From the NCBI GenBank assembly GCA_041577295.1, contig JBFGJG010000033.1, positions 1 to 44,932 on the forward strand: a stretch of 44,932 nucleotides of DNA. The letters are read 5' to 3'. Shown here piece by piece: positions 18,250 through 28,900 of this stretch (position 1 is its first letter; every line of letters begins with the position of its first letter). A program made the translations under genes and the position numbers. The stretch is from Gemmatimonadales bacterium. GTDB taxonomy: Bacteria; Gemmatimonadota; Gemmatimonadetes; Gemmatimonadales; GWC2-71-9. Under the pieces are notes generated by a model, which saw nothing but the letters and a program-made list of their open reading frames with translations, had not been told where the DNA came from and made no database searches.

Positions 18250-21200
18250 CTAGTTACGCGCATTGGTTGCCGGCTCGACATCTGCTAGGTCTCTCAGCGC
18301 ATCTTTGGCCTCCACGATCAGAGGGGTGTGTGCCTCCATTGGAAGATCGTATCGTTGTAAGAACTGTTCGTAGTGTGTACGCGCTACGTCGAATTGCCGC
18401 CGAGCGTGCGCAATCCGTGCTTGCTCCAAGATGGCGAACGGGGCGACGATACCGCTTGCGCGTTGTGCTGGCCGCGCCGTCGCAAATCCCATCCACGCTT
18501 CATGCCAGGTCGACAGCTCCACCGCTCGCGCGGTGTCTCCTGCTTGCAAGAGCCAGCGGACCGCCGCCAGCCGATTCACTGGAAGTAAGAACGGGTGTGC
18601 GTGGTAATCCGGTTTCTCCTCGGGGGACACCCCAGTGCAACCGTAACAGTCGGCGCGTTCCCATTCCAATGTTGCGAGCGTGCTCGCGGCACGTCTTCTC
18701 TCGCCCGTCATCTCCAGCTGAAATGCCTGGAGTGATCGCTCCAGCAACTTGGCGGTGGACGCTCGACTGGCGCCGAGTGTGTCGAGCGCCTCACGGAGTG
18801 CTCGCCGGTCGGCTCGAGTGACCGCCACGAGGCCGTCGAGCCATGCGAGCTCCGCTCGTGCTTCGTCCGATGCCGTCATCATCACTGCCGGCGTAATCGC
18901 TTGCCGACGCGCCGTTGCCAGCTCGGGATTCACGGCACCGAGCCATGCCCCGGCCGTGGCGAGACGATAAGGCACCAACAAGGCGGTGTCGGCCTGGGCG
19001 AGATCGGCGTAGCGCGCGCTGGCGACGAGCGCCGAGTCCCACGCGCCGCGCGTTGCCCACCCGACCGTAATTCCCAACCGATGCCACGATGCGGCTTCCG
19101 ACCCGATACCGCGTCGCAGCACCCGTTCGCTGACGTCGATGAGCACCTTGGGGAATCCTGCGATGCAGAGCGTGACGACAAAGACTTCATGTGGGTTCGG
19201 ATCCGAGCTCCCGGCAAGTTGCATGGCCACGCTGTCGGCCAGCGTCGCGTCGGATGCACCTCCCGTTTCCTGAGCCCGTTTGAGCAGGCGGTACCAGAGC
19301 AGCGGATGATCCCAATCCAGCCCACCGTGATGGGTTCGAGTGAGCTCTTCCAGGGCCCGGCGGGCCATCGCGGTATCGCGACCGACACTCATCACGAACA
19401 TGTGATCCCAAGCCTCGACCAGATTGGGATTGATGGTGACGGTATGCTCGAGCGCGGCTCGGGCTCGCTGGCGCGGGAAACCAACCAGCATCGCGTCATG
19501 AGACAGCTCGTCCGCGTACTGGAACCAGATGGGCCAGTCATCGGGAAAGCTCCGAGCGAGCTGCTGCCACTCCGTGAGCGCCCTCACGAAACTCCCGTTC
19601 ACCCGTCCGGGTATCCAGCGGATCTCTGCCGCACGACGATCCCGTTCCGGCAGCGACGCGCGATGTGCCATGTAGGCGCTTCGCACGCTGGTATCCGCGC
19701 CAATCCCCGTCCAGGCGGCGGCGACCCAATCGTAGCGTGCGGCCGCGAGCCAAAAAGTCGAATCCGCCTGAAACGCCCGGCGAAAAGCGTCTTGCGCGGC
19801 ACTCCACTGACCATCTACGACCGCTTGCTCACCATCGAGAAAAGCCCGGAAGGCTGGCAATGACCGGGTTGTCACGGCCGCGAGTCTCGGGCTTGGCGGC
19901 GTTCTCGAGGTCCATACTTGTTGGAGGAGCAACCAGGTGAGGGAATCCGTCAGCGAAGCGGGATCGTCCAGTGACGCCATGGCCGATGCGCGCGCCACCA
20001 CGGACAGGTTCGCCGCCGTGTACAATCGCACGTCGGCACGCACCCCGTTAGCCACCCGCACCAAACTTCCGTGCAGCAGGCTCGTTGCGCCAAACCGACG
20101 TGCCAGCGCGGAGGCCGCGTCGAGGGCGTAACTGGCGGATTCCTTACTTACGTGGGCAAGGATGGCGTGCGCATCCACGGTGCGTATCTCGCCCACGCCA
20201 TCCAGATTGAAGCTCAGGGTCGTCACGAGGTCGCGGCCTAACCGTGAGAGTGCGGTATCCGCGGACGCCGGCGCGAGGGGTACGACCGCAATGCGAAACG
20301 CTGAAGCAATCACAGTGGCGCTGGGCTGAAGCCACGCGAACAGGATGGCGCTGACCACGATTGCCGCGACGATGCCTGCCCCCACGAGCGCGCCACGCCG
20401 TCTCGGTCGTCTCGCGAGCAGCTTGTGCTGATACTCCAGCGTCTCGGCTTGTTTGAGCGCTTCAGCGAACTTTTCAGCGGTCTGAAAGCGATCGGCGGGA
20501 ACCCTCGAGAGGGTTCGCATGATCACCTCTTCCATCGCAGGCGGCACCGACTCACGCACGATACGGAGGTTGGGTGCGGTCTCCGCTGTCTTTCGCGCGA
20601 GGATCACCTGCGCGGTCGATCCGGTGAAGGGAGGATCGCCAGCAAGCATCTCGTAGAGCACACACCCGAGCGCATACAGATCACTCCGTCCGTCAATCGC
20701 CCTGTCTCCACTGGCTTGTTCGGGACTCATATACTCGGCGGTTCCGATCGCGACACCCGGGTCCGTGAGCCCATCTCTGGTATCGATCGCACGGGCGATA
20801 CCGAAGTCAGCCACGACCGCTTCGCCGCCGGAGAAGAGGATGTTGCCAGGCTTGATGTCGCGGTGGACGACACCGTGGCTGTGGGCATGGCTGAGCGCAG
20901 CGGCCACATCGAGCGTGATTCGCAGGGCGGTCTCCAGCGAGATCTGCTTCTCGCGAGCAAGGAGATCTCGCAGGGACTCACCCTCAACGTACGGCATGAC
21001 ATAGAACAGCAAGCCGTCCGCTTCACCGGAGTCGTGCACGGGGACGATGTGCGGATGCGAGAGTTGGGCGGCTGTCTCGATTTCCCGGAGGAACCGGTCT
21101 CGGCCAACAGCGGCAGCGAGTTCCGGACGCAGTACCTTGACGGCGACTAAGCGATGGTGCTTGAGGTCCTTCGCGAGGAAGACAATGGCCATGCCGCCGC

Positions 21201-21270
21201 GACCAATCTCGCGGTCGATGGCATAGCGGTCCAATAAACTGGATTTCAAACGCTCGAGAACATCGTCCAC
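18250..21270 (-). CDS. Membrane Ser/Thr protein kinase with TolB-N-like and TPR-like C-terminal region
   Basis: 'IGRGGMAIV', 'VAVKVL', 'HRDIKPGNIL', 'DFGIA', 'GTAEYMSPEQ', 'SDLYALG'; TM segment 'GALVGAGIVAAIVVSAILFAW'. Confidence 0.92.
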   Translation of the reverse strand: MDDVLERLKSSLLDRYAIDREIGRGGMAIVFLAKDLKHHRLVAVKVLRPELAAAVGRDRFLREIETAAQLSHPHIVPVHDSGEADGLLFYVMPYVEGESLRDLLAREKQISLETALRITLDVAAALSHAHSHGVVHRDIKPGNILFSGGEAVVADFGIARAIDTRDGLTDPGVAIGTAEYMSPEQASGDRAIDGRSDLYALGCVLYEMLAGDPPFTGSTAQVILARKTAETAPNLRIVRESVPPAMEEVIMRTLSRVPADRFQTAEKFAEALKQAETLEYQHKLLARRPRRRGALVGAGIVAAIVVSAILFAWLQPSATVIASAFRIAVVPLAPASADTALSRLGRDLVTTLSFNLDGVGEIRTVDAHAILAHVSKESASYALDAASALARRFGATSLLHGSLVRVANGVRADVRLYTAANLSVVARASAMASLDDPASLTDSLTWLLLQQVWTSRTPPSPRLAAVTTRSLPAFRAFLDGEQAVVDGQWSAAQDAFRRAFQADSTFWLAAARYDWVAAAWTGIGADTSVRSAYMAHRASLPERDRRAAEIRWIPGRVNGSFVRALTEWQQLARSFPDDWPIWFQYADELSHDAMLVGFPRQRARAALEHTVTINPNLVEAWDHMFVMSVGRDTAMARRALEELTRTHHGGLDWDHPLLWYRLLKRAQETGGASDATLADSVAMQLAGSSDPNPHEVFVVTLCIAGFPKVLIDVSERVLRRGIGSEAASWHRLGITVGWATRGAWDSALVASARYADLAQADTALLVPYRLATAGAWLGAVNPELATARRQAITPAVMMTASDEARAELAWLDGLVAVTRADRRALREALDTLGASRASTAKLLERSLQAFQLEMTGERRRAASTLATLEWERADCYGCTGVSPEEKPDYHAHPFLLPVNRLAAVRWLLQAGDTARAVELSTWHEAWMGFATARPAQRASGIVAPFAILEQARIAHARRQFDVARTHYEQFLQRYDLPMEAHTPLIVEAKDALRDLADVEPATNARN

Positions 21271-21397
21271 GTACCAGAATATGCGGTTCCCGACGTGTGG
21301 GCGCGAGGGATGGACCGGTGAGAGATCTGGCGGGTTCGGAGTGCGGGCTCCATATCTAGTCGATTCTGTGCACGATTCACCCGATCCGGAGTGTATG

Positions 21398-22132
21398 ATG
21401 GGACGCCGCTATCCGTACGACATTTTGCTTGCGGGCATTGGCATTGGCGGACCACACAATACGACCCTTGCCACCGTGGAACTGCTCAAAAAGGCGCGGA
21501 TCGCGTTTAATCTCTCCGTGCACGATGCATACGTGCGAACGGTGTGTCGTCGAGTAATAGATCTCGATGAGGAGTATTACTCGGGTGAGGAGGATTATAC
21601 CGTGTATCGTCGCCTGGCGAGGCGCGTGATGAATGAGGCTGGTCGGGGTGGTGGGGTCGCGGTGATCGATGACGGGCATCCACTGATCTTCGATGACGTG
21701 AATACCATGATCGTCCGGCACGGGAAGCGCCGGGGTCTTCGCGTCACCGTGTTGCCGGCCGTGTCGTCGCTCGATGTCGTTCTGGCGCAAAGCCATTGGA
21801 ATCTCGGGGCCGGGTCGCAGATCGTCGAAGCGACGCACCTCGTGCGCTATCGCCAACGCCTGAATCCGGCGTTTGACACGTTGGTGATGCAGCTCGGCTG
21901 GTTTGGCGTGTCGCAATTGGTGCGAATCGAGCCGACCACTCGCGAGCGCTTTCGACCGCTCCAGCAGTACCTGCTGCGGTTCTATCCTCCTCCACATCGG
22001 GTGCGGGTCTTGCGTGCCTCGCAGTCGCCGAGGGACAAAGGTGTGGCCCTTTCGTGTCGGCTGGATCGGCTCGTTCATCAGTATCGACGCATCGAGACGG
22101 ACTCGACACTGCTTGTGCCGGCGCTGGAGTGA
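21398..22132 (+). CDS. SAM-dependent tetrapyrrole-methylase-fold protein, borosin N-methyltransferase-like
   Basis: 'ILLAGIGIG...TLATV', 'VIDLDEEYYSG', 'DDGHPLIF', 'VLPAVSSLD', 'VEAT', 'MQLGWFG', 'LLRFYPPPH.V', 'STLLVP' follow the OphMA/SonM motif order; GGAG 6 nt before ATG 21398. Confidence 0.75.
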   Translation: MGRRYPYDILLAGIGIGGPHNTTLATVELLKKARIAFNLSVHDAYVRTVCRRVIDLDEEYYSGEEDYTVYRRLARRVMNEAGRGGGVAVIDDGHPLIFDDVNTMIVRHGKRRGLRVTVLPAVSSLDVVLAQSHWNLGAGSQIVEATHLVRYRQRLNPAFDTLVMQLGWFGVSQLVRIEPTTRERFRPLQQYLLRFYPPPHRVRVLRASQSPRDKGVALSCRLDRLVHQYRRIETDSTLLVPALE

Positions 22133-22208
22133 AATCCATCCTATCCTTGCGATGTCGTGCGCGACGGATCGAGAGGGAAGCGAACCCTTGGCCAGTCTAC
22201 TACGCTCA

Positions 22209-23171
22209 CTACGTGGCCATGCGCTGCAGGTAATCCACGAGCTCCACATACGGATCGAATCCCACGACGCGGCGAGCATCCGTGACGAAGTTCGAGAGGA
22301 CGTTGATATCGTAGAAGTAGTGGCGGCCATCGCGCGCGTCGACGATGTATTCGACTCCACCCACGTCGATGCTGGCCGCGCGGATCAACTGCTGGACTGC
22401 GGCGACGATGTGACGGGGAGGCGTGTACGCCTCCACCGTGACGCTGCGCCGTGGCGCCGCCGCCTGCCCCGCATCTCCTCTCAATGGTTCACCACTGCCG
22501 GACACGCACAGATCCGCCGGGCAGAGGTTGAACAGACCGGCCGTTGCGTGGACTCGGATCGCGTACAACAACTTTCCGTCGAGTACCTCGACCCTCGTGA
22601 TGACGCCGTCCTCTGGGGGAATGAGCTCCTGCACGAGCGCGGTTCCGTCCAGACCTAAATCGAGCGTCCGCGCAGAGGCCGCGGTCGCGAGCTCCCCAGC
22701 GGAATCGAACCGCCGGATCCCGGCACCGCTTCCACCGACATTCGGTTTGACCACCACCGGGTAACGCAGACCCTCCGCCGCGACCAGTGCGCGAGAGGCA
22801 TCATGAATGACCCGCGCACGAGGGAAGGGGAGCCCAAGCGATGCCAGCAGCGACAGCTGCGCGGCCTTGGAGATTTCGAACCGATAAGCGGCGCTTCCGT
22901 TGATCACACGCGTACCCCACCGCTCGACGTGGGCGAGGAACTGGAGCGTGTAGAACACGGCACTGCCATGGCCGCGAAGGTAGGCCGACGGGCTCATCCG
23001 GTTGAGAACGAGCGCGAATGCGGGTGCACGGCTGGACGGATCGTGCTGGTGGCCGTCCGCCTGCAACCGCACATACGGAAGGCCACGTCGATCGAGCTCC
23101 TGGAAGAGTGGACGAAACCATTCGGGATGCTCGTAGTACACCGCGAGCGGTCGATGCTCAGTTATGGGCAT
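22209..23171 (-). CDS. RimK-like ATP-grasp ligase
   Basis: 'YYEHPEWF', 'NRMSPSAYLRGH', 'VING', 'PVVVKPNVGGSGAGI', 'LVQE', 'VGGVEY', 'YDINVLSNF'. Confidence 0.85.
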   Translation of the reverse strand: MPITEHRPLAVYYEHPEWFRPLFQELDRRGLPYVRLQADGHQHDPSSRAPAFALVLNRMSPSAYLRGHGSAVFYTLQFLAHVERWGTRVINGSAAYRFEISKAAQLSLLASLGLPFPRARVIHDASRALVAAEGLRYPVVVKPNVGGSGAGIRRFDSAGELATAASARTLDLGLDGTALVQELIPPEDGVITRVEVLDGKLLYAIRVHATAGLFNLCPADLCVSGSGEPLRGDAGQAAAPRRSVTVEAYTPPRHIVAAVQQLIRAASIDVGGVEYIVDARDGRHYFYDINVLSNFVTDARRVVGFDPYVELVDYLQRMAT

Positions 23172-23463
23172 GGCGGGCCTCTTCTCCACAAAAGAAAACC
23201 GGCCGCGATCCAGAGTGCGGGTCGCGGCCGGTGGCCATCGTTGGGACGGGAGCGCTACGAACTCACATCACCTTCGTGCTCCCATGAGGCACACCGCCAG
23301 CGCCCGCGCTGCCACAACAGCAGCACGCATGCTGTCCGCAACGACAACAGCGGCAGGCCATGAGCCTCGGAATCAGTCGCATTACGCTGCAGGGTATTCT
23401 CCGCGGGGAAGGCCGTCAAGTGGGTCATCTCGCGCAACGTTGTTCGCCGTCGCATTTTGAAGC

Positions 23464-25839
23464 ATGGTCGACCAGTTCGACCGACTCACTGCGGCCCTCG
23501 CGGACCGCTACCGCATCGAGCGCGAGCTCGGTCGGGGCGGAATGGCCACCGTCTACCTCGCCGAAGACCTGAAGCATCACCGCAAGGTGGCGGTCAAAGT
23601 GTTGCGTCCCGAGCTCGCTGCGATCCTTGGCGGCGAACGCTTCCTCAAGGAAATCGAAGTCACCGCCAACCTCCAGCACCCGAACATTCTCCCGTTGTTC
23701 GACTCCGGAGAAGCGGACACGCTGCTGTACTACGTGACCCCCTTCATCGCCGGTGAGTCGCTGCGGCAGCGGCTCGACCGGGAGAAACAGCTGTCGGTCG
23801 AAGAGGCACGGCGGATCACGAAGGCGCTCGCCCGCGCGCTGGATCACGCTCATCGGCAGGGCGTGATCCACCGTGACATCAAACCGGAGAACATTCTGTT
23901 TCAGGACCATGAACCGGTCCTCGCCGACTTCGGGATTGCGCTTGCTGCGCGATCGATTGGACAGACCCGCCTGACGGAAACGGGTCTCTCCCTCGGGACG
24001 CCCCACTACATGAGTCCGGAGCAGGCGTCCGGCGATCGCGAGATCGGGCCGGCGAGCGATGTGTACGCGTTGGCATGCGTGCTGTATGAAATGCTCGTGG
24101 GCCAACCGCCGCACTCGGGACCGACAGCTCAGGCGATCGTCGCCGCGGTCCTCACGGAGAAGCCGAAATCGGCTCGGGCATTGCGGGACGACGTGCCGGC
24201 GAGTCTCGCTGCCGCGATCAACCGGGCACTCGCCAAAGTTCCGTCCGAACGGTTTACGGGTGCCGTCCAGTTCCACGATGCCGTGGAGCACATGAAGGCG
24301 CCGAGTCGGCTGCGGTCGTGGCTCACCGCGCGGTCGTCGCGGGTTGGCGCGCTCGTGGTGCTGGCGGTGGTGACCATCGTCGCGGCTCGGGGCTTCTTCA
24401 CTCCACGGATGTCCAGCGAGACGATCGAGCGGATCGCCGTCATGCCGCTGGAGAACCAGACCGGAGACGCGGACCAGGAGTACTTCGTCGTGGGCATGAC
24501 GGAAGCGTTGATCACCAATCTCGGTCAGGTGGGATTGAGCGTGCTGAGTCGCCAATCAGTCGCGCGATTTGCGGGATCGAACCTGTCGCTCCCGGAGATC
24601 GCGCGGCAGCTCGACCTGGATGCTGTGCTCGTAGGGTCCGTCTTCCGCTCCGCCGAGCGCATGCGGGTGGATGTACGATTCGTGGCCGGCAAGGACGAAC
24701 GCCAGATCTGGGGTCGGTCGTTTGACACGACCATGACGGCCGAAACGGTGTTCGACGTCCAGGCGGCCATTGCGTCGAGCATCGCGGGCGCGTTGGAGAT
24801 GGAACTGTCGCCGCGGGCGATGGAGCGCCTTGCAAGGCGCCCCACCGCGAATGCGAGCGCGCTGACGGCGGTCCAGCGAGGGATTTTTCAGTGGCTGACG
24901 GCACAATCGATCGAGGATTACGATGTCAGCATGCAGTACTTCACGGACGCGATCGCCCTCGATTCATTGTATGCGGAAGCGTGGAACATGCGTGGTGCTG
25001 TCCGGGCGTTGATCGTCAGTGTCGCCCTGACGACGAATCCAGCACTCGATCTCGCACTCGCCAAGCAAGACGTGCTCCGATCGCTCGAACTCGATTCGCT
25101 CAACCACCCGCCCGGTTCGGGGAGTGCGCGTTCGCATCTCGGGTTTGTTCGGATGTATGAGTGGGACTTCGCCGAAGCGGAGCAGGAGTATCAGCGGGCG
25201 ATCCGGGAGATGGGTGAGCAGGCCGCTGGACCGTATCCGGTCTTCCTGAGCATGACGGGACAGGCCGATCGGGCGATGGAGTTCTGGAACAGGTTCCTCC
25301 CGACTGATCGAACCTCCTTCATCAGGATTAACATCGCCATGGCGCACTGGTGGGCGGGAGAATACGCGCGCGGGCTGGGCGTGGTGGAGCAGCTTCCCCC
25401 CGGACTACGGGAGATGATGGCGCTGCCGTTCCAGTTTCGCCTCGGGAGGATAGAGGAAGCCTTGCCGGTGCTCGACGCCTTGTATGACCAGCCGTTGTTT
25501 ACGACGGGCCTCATGCGGCAATCGGCGGCCACGGCGGTGGCTATGGCGATTGAAGGACTGACCGCCCGCAACCGCCCCGAGGACGCGGGCGTTCACTTCG
25601 CGCGCTTCCAAACGTTGTTTGCTCCAGAAAAGCAGATGCCCATGGCGTGGGCGGCAGCGCATCTCGCGCGCGGCGACGACGCGGCAGCGCTGGCCGTGCT
25701 GCGTCGCGCGTTGGCACGTCGGGACCCCACGCTCGCCTGGGTCGGACAGCTGCCCGAGCTCGACGCACTACGCGGCCACCCGGGGTTTCACGAAATCGTC
25801 GCGGCGGTTGGCGTACCCAACCCTCGGCTCAGCAACTGA
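23464..25839 (+). CDS. Membrane Ser/Thr protein kinase with TolB-N-like and TPR domains
   Basis: 'LGRGGMATVY', 'HRDIKPENIL', 'DFGIA', 'GTPHYMSPEQ'; TM segment; 'IAVMPLENQTGD.DQEYFVVGMTEALI'; 'EWDFAEAEQEYQRAI'. Confidence 0.93.
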   Translation: MVDQFDRLTAALADRYRIERELGRGGMATVYLAEDLKHHRKVAVKVLRPELAAILGGERFLKEIEVTANLQHPNILPLFDSGEADTLLYYVTPFIAGESLRQRLDREKQLSVEEARRITKALARALDHAHRQGVIHRDIKPENILFQDHEPVLADFGIALAARSIGQTRLTETGLSLGTPHYMSPEQASGDREIGPASDVYALACVLYEMLVGQPPHSGPTAQAIVAAVLTEKPKSARALRDDVPASLAAAINRALAKVPSERFTGAVQFHDAVEHMKAPSRLRSWLTARSSRVGALVVLAVVTIVAARGFFTPRMSSETIERIAVMPLENQTGDADQEYFVVGMTEALITNLGQVGLSVLSRQSVARFAGSNLSLPEIARQLDLDAVLVGSVFRSAERMRVDVRFVAGKDERQIWGRSFDTTMTAETVFDVQAAIASSIAGALEMELSPRAMERLARRPTANASALTAVQRGIFQWLTAQSIEDYDVSMQYFTDAIALDSLYAEAWNMRGAVRALIVSVALTTNPALDLALAKQDVLRSLELDSLNHPPGSGSARSHLGFVRMYEWDFAEAEQEYQRAIREMGEQAAGPYPVFLSMTGQADRAMEFWNRFLPTDRTSFIRINIAMAHWWAGEYARGLGVVEQLPPGLREMMALPFQFRLGRIEEALPVLDALYDQPLFTTGLMRQSAATAVAMAIEGLTARNRPEDAGVHFARFQTLFAPEKQMPMAWAAAHLARGDDAAALAVLRRALARRDPTLAWVGQLPELDALRGHPGFHEIVAAVGVPNPRLSN

Positions 25840-25928
25840 ACGTGCGAAGGTCTCCAGCGCAGCAGATCTCATCACGGTTTTTCAGGAAGACGCCGCGGCG
25901 AGGTAGAGAGTGGGAAGAGGAGTCGTCT

Positions 25929-28900
25929 CTAGTTGCTGTACTCCACATGGAGGAGCGGCGCCGCCGCCGCAACGCCGTCGAAGGCCTCGGCCACGCGCTC
26001 TCCAGTCCCGGTAATGATGATCACCAACGCGTTGCCGCTCACCCAGCTGCTCCGGCCAACGATCTCCTGAATGACGCCGGCCAGATTGGGAGTTCGCTGC
26101 GCGAGTCCGGCGTCTCCCACGCTAGACCACGCCTCCGGCGTCCACGGCACCGAGACAGTTGTCCGGTCCCGTGACGAGATGTCGCGGTCTGAAGAGCCAA
26201 AGGTCACCGCGTTGTCCGCGGCTTCCCCGGCGACCGTCAGGGACGTAGTACCGGAGGGTGTCTCATCCACCTGGAACTGTACGTAAGCATCGACGATCGC
26301 GGCCCCCCGTGGGATCGTGACACCGGTAAAGCGCATGCCCACGGTCTGATCCCCTCGGTCGTAGACCAGTTCGAGATCGCTGCTGTTCAGGTACATCCTG
26401 CCGTTGTCACGCTCCTCAGCGTCATCGGTACTGGCCGCGACGCGCACCTCGATGATGCTCGTGCTGGGAGCGTCGTCGAAGGTGACCTGAGCGGTTTGCG
26501 TGATGACCACCCCTTCGGTGACGTCGGTCGCGGTGTAAGTGACGGTTTCCGCGGTGGTGTTGGTCACGGTAAAGGTCACGCGCCCGTTGGCATCGGAGGA
26601 CCCGCTGGCGGCGCTGATCGTGGAGCTTCCCGACCCCTGCGCGAGGCTCACCGTGTGTCCGATCATCGGTACACCCAAGCTGTTTGCCAACGTCACCGCT
26701 ATGGTAGCCGACGACGCCCCGTCCGGAGGCACCACACTTGGCGTGGCCGTCACCGTCGAGGCATCGGCATCGGTCGGCAAGGGTTCGAACGTGACCTGCG
26801 CTGTTTGTACAATGACCACACCGTCGGTGACGTCGGTTGCCGTGTAGGTCACCGTTTCGGCGGTGGTGCTGGTCACGCTGAACGTCACGCGCCCATTGGC
26901 ATCGGAAGGCCCGCTCGCCGCGCCGATCGTCGAGTTCCCACCGCCCTGACCGAGGCTCACGGCGTGACCGCTGACCGGGTCATTTGCGTCGTTGCGCAGG
27001 GTGACCGTGATGGTGGCGGACGACGCGCCATTTGCGGGTACGCTGCTCACGTTTGTCGTGACGCTCGAGTTATCCGCGTTGACGGTCGGTTCGGGCGGCG
27101 GGCCCGTGTAAAATTCTACCTGCAGCAAGGCCGCGGCGGCCGCAGCACCGTTGAAGGATTCCGCCACGCGTTCACCCGTCCCGGTGATGATGATGACGAG
27201 CGCGTTGCCGCTTGCCCATCCGGACCGATTCACGATCTCCTGAACGACCGCAGCGATGTTCGGGGTCTGCTGGTCGGGCCCGGCCGCACCTACCGTCGTC
27301 CACGGCTGCGGCGACCACGACACGGCGTTCGCGGTACGAGCCCTGCCAGAGATGTTGCCGCTCGACGAAGAGAACGTGGGTGGGTTGTCTGCGGCCTGAC
27401 CTTGAATGGTGAGCGAGGTGGTGGTCGCGTTTGCTTCGTCAACCTGGAACTGGATGGACGCGCTCGAGATCGTGGCCCCCAGTGGGATGGGCACGCCCGT
27501 GAAACGCAAACCGACCGTCTGGTCGCTGCGGTCGTACACCATCTCGAGATCGCTGCTCGTAAGCGAGACACTACCGGATGCGGATTCTTCCGCATCGTCG
27601 CTGCTCGTGGCGACGCGGACCTCGACGGTCATCATTCCTTCGACGTTTACCGTCACCGTGATCGCGTCGGACGCGGTCGATCCTCCAGCGTCCGTGACCG
27701 AGGCGGTGATCGTGTGCGTGCCCACCGAGAGCGTACTGGTCGCGAACGATCCCCCCGACCCGATCGACCCGTCGAGGTCCGAGGTCCACCCGAGACTCCC
27801 GGTGAGATCTCCGTCCTCAGCGTCCGATGCCGTTCCCGTGAACGTGATGACCTCGTCATCCGAATACGTCGATCCGGTTGCCGGTGACGTGATCGTCACG
27901 GTTGGCAACGCATTCCCCCCAAACGATGGAAGGGAGAACTCGTAGACGAGGCCGTCATTCTCGTTCGGATCCGAGTTATTGTCCGTTCCCCGATCCACGA
28001 TCCACAGGCTCATCGTGCCCGGCGTCGTGCTGCTGGGCGCGTATGCCAACCCCGCCGGCTTGTCGGGATTCGCCGCACCAATCTCGAGGGTGCGAAGCAG
28101 CGTGCCATCAGTCGTCACGTGAAACACGAGGTTGTCGGGTTTGCCCACGATATAGAGGTGACCGAAGTCTGAGTCATGCGCGATACCTTCGGGATCCGTC
28201 AACCCAAAACCCTCGGTATCGAAACTCGTGACCTGGTCATCGCCGGCTGGGGGCAAACCGTCGAAAACGCCATTGCTCCCCGGGGAAACGCGGTACACTT
28301 CGGCGTTCACCCCGTCGACGATGAACAACACGCCCTGCGCAAAGTCGTACGTAACACCTTCTGGATCGTTGCTGTTGAACGCCCGGGTGTCGAAGGAGGT
28401 CACGATGTCATCCGGCGTATCGTACAGCCCATCAGGCCCGGGGTTCACCTCGAAGATCTCGTCGCGACTGTCGTCGGAATAGAAGAGATGCAGATTCGCC
28501 GGGTTCCAGCTGACCCCGGTCGGCTCGTTGGAGTACAACGTGGTCGTGAACGTATCGACCAGACTCCCGGACAACGTTATCCGGAATTGATTCACCCCGG
28601 TGAAGATGGACATCTCGTTGACTTCCGAATCACTGATCAACAGGTCGCCGAGGTGGCCCAAGTACGTAATCCCGGCGGGATCCGGGCTGGGTGGCGAGAA
28701 CTGCGAGGTCTGGATCGTCTGCACCAGCGATGCCACTTCCATCGCCGCCATCGAGATGGCGAACGACGGAGTCAGCGTGCCTGCGGGCTGGACGAGCGAG
28801 ATCTCCGTGATGTGCCCGGTTTCGCGGAACCCTCGTGCCCTTGGGGATGCGCCGCTCCCGATACCCCGGTCGGCGATGTAGAGGCTGAGCTCGGACGGGT

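Noticed and set aside
17911..18288. Hydrophobic Leu/Arg repeat ORF on the plus strand
   Set aside because: It is the antisense shadow of the Lys/Arg-rich gene, which has the clear SD.
23255..23455. 66-aa ORF upstream of the ATP-grasp gene as a RiPP precursor
   Set aside because: No SD, no graspetide or borosin leader/core pattern, and it occupies the divergent promoter region.
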